From assembly GCA_963832165.1 (NCBI GenBank), contig CAWHTE010000002.1, positions 192,001-256,000 on the forward strand: a DNA stretch of 64,000 nucleotides, written 5' to 3'. Of the stretch, positions 61,699-64,000 are shown in pieces. The notes beneath the pieces were generated by a model. The model did not search any database. It was given only the letters and a program-made list of their open reading frames with translations, and was not told the DNA's origin. The position numbers and the translations under genes were made by a program. The DNA is from an uncultured delta proteobacterium. GTDB lineage: Bacteria > Myxococcota_A > UBA9160 > SMWR01. Positions within the stretch are counted from its first letter, which is position 1. Each line of letters begins with the position of its first letter.

Positions 61699-62262
61699 TT
61701 GTCGTCGAGTTCTCTGCTGGGCTCCGGTCTGGTGGGTGTCGAGTGCGCAGCGAAGGGCGGCCGCGCCGTGATCGCGTCGCGCAGGCTCGCGAGGGACAGC
61801 GTGCTCGCGGTGTGGGGAGGCGACGTCGTTCGCCTCGAAGAGCTGAAGCGCCGCCCGCTCGAAATTCGTCGGCTCACGCTCCAGATCGACGAAGACGCCT
61901 TCCTGATCTCCACGACCGAAGGCCCGGCGGATTGGGTGAACCACAGCTGTGAGCCCAACGCGGGTCTGCGCGGGCAGCTCACGCTGGTGGCGATGCGCAC
62001 GATCGAGCGCGGCGAAGAGGTCTGCTTCGACTACTCGATGGCCGACGGGTGCGACTACGACGAGTTCACCTGTCACTGCGGCAGCCCGTCGTGCCGCGGC
62101 CGGATCTCCGGTGAGGACTGGAAGCGGCCCGAGCTGATCGAGCGCTATGCGGGCTACCGATCGCCGTATCTCGAGCGGCGGATCGCGGCGCTGCGCCGGC
62201 GCGCGTCCGCGAGCGTGCGCAAGGCACCGGGTCGCCGGGCCACGGCCGGCGTGCTCTCGTAG
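61699..62262 (+). CDS. SET-domain protein with post-SET Cys motif
   Basis: [27 protein letters not shown]. Confidence 0.9.
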   Translation: MSSSSLLGSGLVGVECAAKGGRAVIASRRLARDSVLAVWGGDVVRLEELKRRPLEIRRLTLQIDEDAFLISTTEGPADWVNHSCEPNAGLRGQLTLVAMRTIERGEEVCFDYSMADGCDYDEFTCHCGSPSCRGRISGEDWKRPELIERYAGYRSPYLERRIAALRRRASASVRKAPGRRATAGVLS

Positions 62263-62367
62263 CGTCGGCAACGTCGACAGGGAACCGTCCAGCGCGACGG
62301 GAACCCGACACCCCCGCGCTCCCCCGCCGCCGCAGGCGGCGGTCGTTCTGAGAAGGTTCCTTCATAT

Positions 62368-62434
62368 TATCGGACAGTTACGCGCGCCGACCCGCGGCGA
62401 GGACCAGCGAGGACCGGTTGGCACGGAGCGTGCT
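62368..62434 (+). promoter_or_regulatory. Sigma54 promoter with upstream IHF-like site
   Basis: TTGGCACGGAGCGTGCT at 62418-62434 (GG-N10-GC); TATCGGACAGTTA at 62368-62380 resembles WATCAANNNNTTR. Confidence 0.65.
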
Positions 62435-62462
62435 CCCGGCACGGGCAGGGGGATCCAAAACC

Positions 62463-62630
62463 ATGTCCGCAGCCTTTTCCCGCGCCACGAAGTTCGAAGA
62501 GGCGCCGCCCGCGACCACTCTGGCCAATCTGATCTCGGTGCTCTCGGAGCTGACGGAAGACGAGAACGAGATCGTGGGCACGCTGCTGCACATGGTCGAG
62601 CAGCGCAGCGTCCGGCTCGTCGTCGCCTGA
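62463..62630 (+). CDS. Small hypothetical protein (55 aa)
   Basis: GGGGGA RBS; TTLANLISVLSELTEDENEIVGTLLHMVEQRSVRL helical pattern. Confidence 0.7.
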   Translation: MSAAFSRATKFEEAPPATTLANLISVLSELTEDENEIVGTLLHMVEQRSVRLVVA

Positions 62631-62655
62631 GCGCGCCAAAGCGCGCTTCGCCAAT

Positions 62656-62675
62656 GGGCCCGCGATCGCGGGCCC
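62656..62675. terminator. Perfect 20-bp palindrome between convergent genes
   Basis: GGGCCCGCGATCGCGGGCCC. Confidence 0.55.
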
Positions 62676-62683
62676 GCGCCCGG

Positions 62684-63856
62684 TCAGATCTCGAGCGAAC
62701 CGGTCAGCGCGTCGTAGCTCCGGTGCAGCGCCTGGAGCCCGATCTCGTTCCGCCCGATCAGCACGCTGCGGCCGCGCTCGGCCTCGAAGCTCTTCTGGGC
62801 CTGCGTAGCCACGCGATAGTCCTCGCTCGACACGACGTGGTAGAGGCCTTCGAAGCCGAGCTGCGCGAGGTTCTGGTCCTGTTCGCTCTCGGGGCGCTGC
62901 CACGCGTAGGTCGAGAAGCGGAAAGCGGTCTCGCCGACGTGACTGCCCGGATCGGATCGCGTGAGCGCGACGAGCTCGTGCGCGATCACGAGGCCCGTCG
63001 ACGGGAACAGGTTGTGCACGAGCTGGAAGTGATGCATCGGGTCGTCCCAGTCGCGCTCGGGCAGATCGCGCAGCGCGAGGATCGACGGAGCCGGGATCGC
63101 CATGCGCTGGTGCAATCCGAACGTCTCGAAGGTCTGCGTGTTGCCGATCGTGCGCGGCCCGACGGTGTTCTTGTGTAGAAACGCGACGTGGTAGACCTCG
63201 TGCCCGCTCTCCACCGTGAGCTTCCAGTTCGCGGGCACGCGGATCTCCCGCGTGTCGACGCGGTGCATGGCGCCGAACCCGAACGACTCGATCTGCGGTC
63301 CGATGCCGCGCAGCACCTCTTCAGCGTCGAAGCTGCGCCCGGGCGTCGGCAGCACGAGCAGCAGTCCGTAGCGCTCGTGCGCGGGCAGTGGGGTCAGCGC
63401 GCGGCGCTCGAGGCCCAGCGATTCGAACGAAGCGCGGTCGGGCAGCCCGGCGAGCCGCCCGTGATCGTCGTAGGTCCACGCGTGCCACGGGCAGACGAAG
63501 CGACTGCCACGGCCGCAGCCCTCGGCCACGCGCGCGCCGCGATGCCGGCACGCGTTGATGAATGCGCGGAACTCACCGTCTTCGCCGCGCACGAGCAGCA
63601 CCGGCACACCCGCGACGTCCTGGGTCGACCAGCTGCCGGGCTCCGGGAGATCACAGGAGAGGCCGACCACCTGCGGATACTCGAGGAAGAGCCGCCGGCG
63701 CTCGTGCGCGAAGCGCTCCGGATCGACATAGCGCGCGGTATCGAGCTCCACTGCGGTGTCGGCGCGCGTGGTGGTCTTGCCCTCGAGCAAATCGAGCAAC
63801 GCCCGCGCGATCGCGATCCGGTTGGCCCGCTCCAACGTCGACTCCCGTGGCTCCAT
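62684..63856 (-). CDS. Rieske aromatic ring-hydroxylating oxygenase alpha subunit
   Basis: NACRHRG...CPWHAWTY; NWKLTVE..HEVYHVAFLH; ED. Confidence 0.93.
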   Translation of the reverse strand: MEPRESTLERANRIAIARALLDLLEGKTTTRADTAVELDTARYVDPERFAHERRRLFLEYPQVVGLSCDLPEPGSWSTQDVAGVPVLLVRGEDGEFRAFINACRHRGARVAEGCGRGSRFVCPWHAWTYDDHGRLAGLPDRASFESLGLERRALTPLPAHERYGLLLVLPTPGRSFDAEEVLRGIGPQIESFGFGAMHRVDTREIRVPANWKLTVESGHEVYHVAFLHKNTVGPRTIGNTQTFETFGLHQRMAIPAPSILALRDLPERDWDDPMHHFQLVHNLFPSTGLVIAHELVALTRSDPGSHVGETAFRFSTYAWQRPESEQDQNLAQLGFEGLYHVVSSEDYRVATQAQKSFEAERGRSVLIGRNEIGLQALHRSYDALTGSLEI

Positions 63857-64000
63857 TAGAACGCAATCGCGAGCCGATTTAAATCTTTATTTACGGGGCG
63901 TTGCGCCCCAAGGCGCGGGCGCGGGACCGGCACGCGCCGCGCAGCCGCGGCCGGAAGCCACCGAGATCGCTGCGCTTGCGAAGCGGGGCCGGCGCGCCCG

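Overview
High-GC (roughly 70% by eye) bacterial chromosomal window. Gene content (PEP-CTERM proteins, PilZ, sigma54 promoters, a RoxA-like protein) suggests a Myxococcota/deltaproteobacterial lineage; this is inference. It holds about 61 genes. Housekeeping genes are lipA-aceE-aceF-lpdA, metF, cysK, greB, moaA, grxD and kup. Oxidative/catabolic genes are numerous: two P450s, two luciferase-like monooxygenases, an FAD monooxygenase, a Rieske oxygenase, a haloalkane dehalogenase, a desaturase and a RoxA-like dihaem protein. I saw no rRNA, tRNA, CRISPR array, transposase or integrase. Most notable observations: (1) a dispersed 41-42 bp element, stop-free in all six frames and built around a covarying GNA-triloop hairpin, that sits in-frame inside two proteins in opposite orientations and at the 5' ends of two other genes; (2) a TetR / FGE-domain PEP-CTERM / RoxA-like cassette flanked by REP-like hairpins; (3) an orphan multi-TM GspC-like protein coupled to a large PEP-CTERM surface protein. 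Frameshifts in aceE, aceF, kup and a DUF4156 gene look like assembly indel errors. Family names are from my recognition of motifs, not from database searches.
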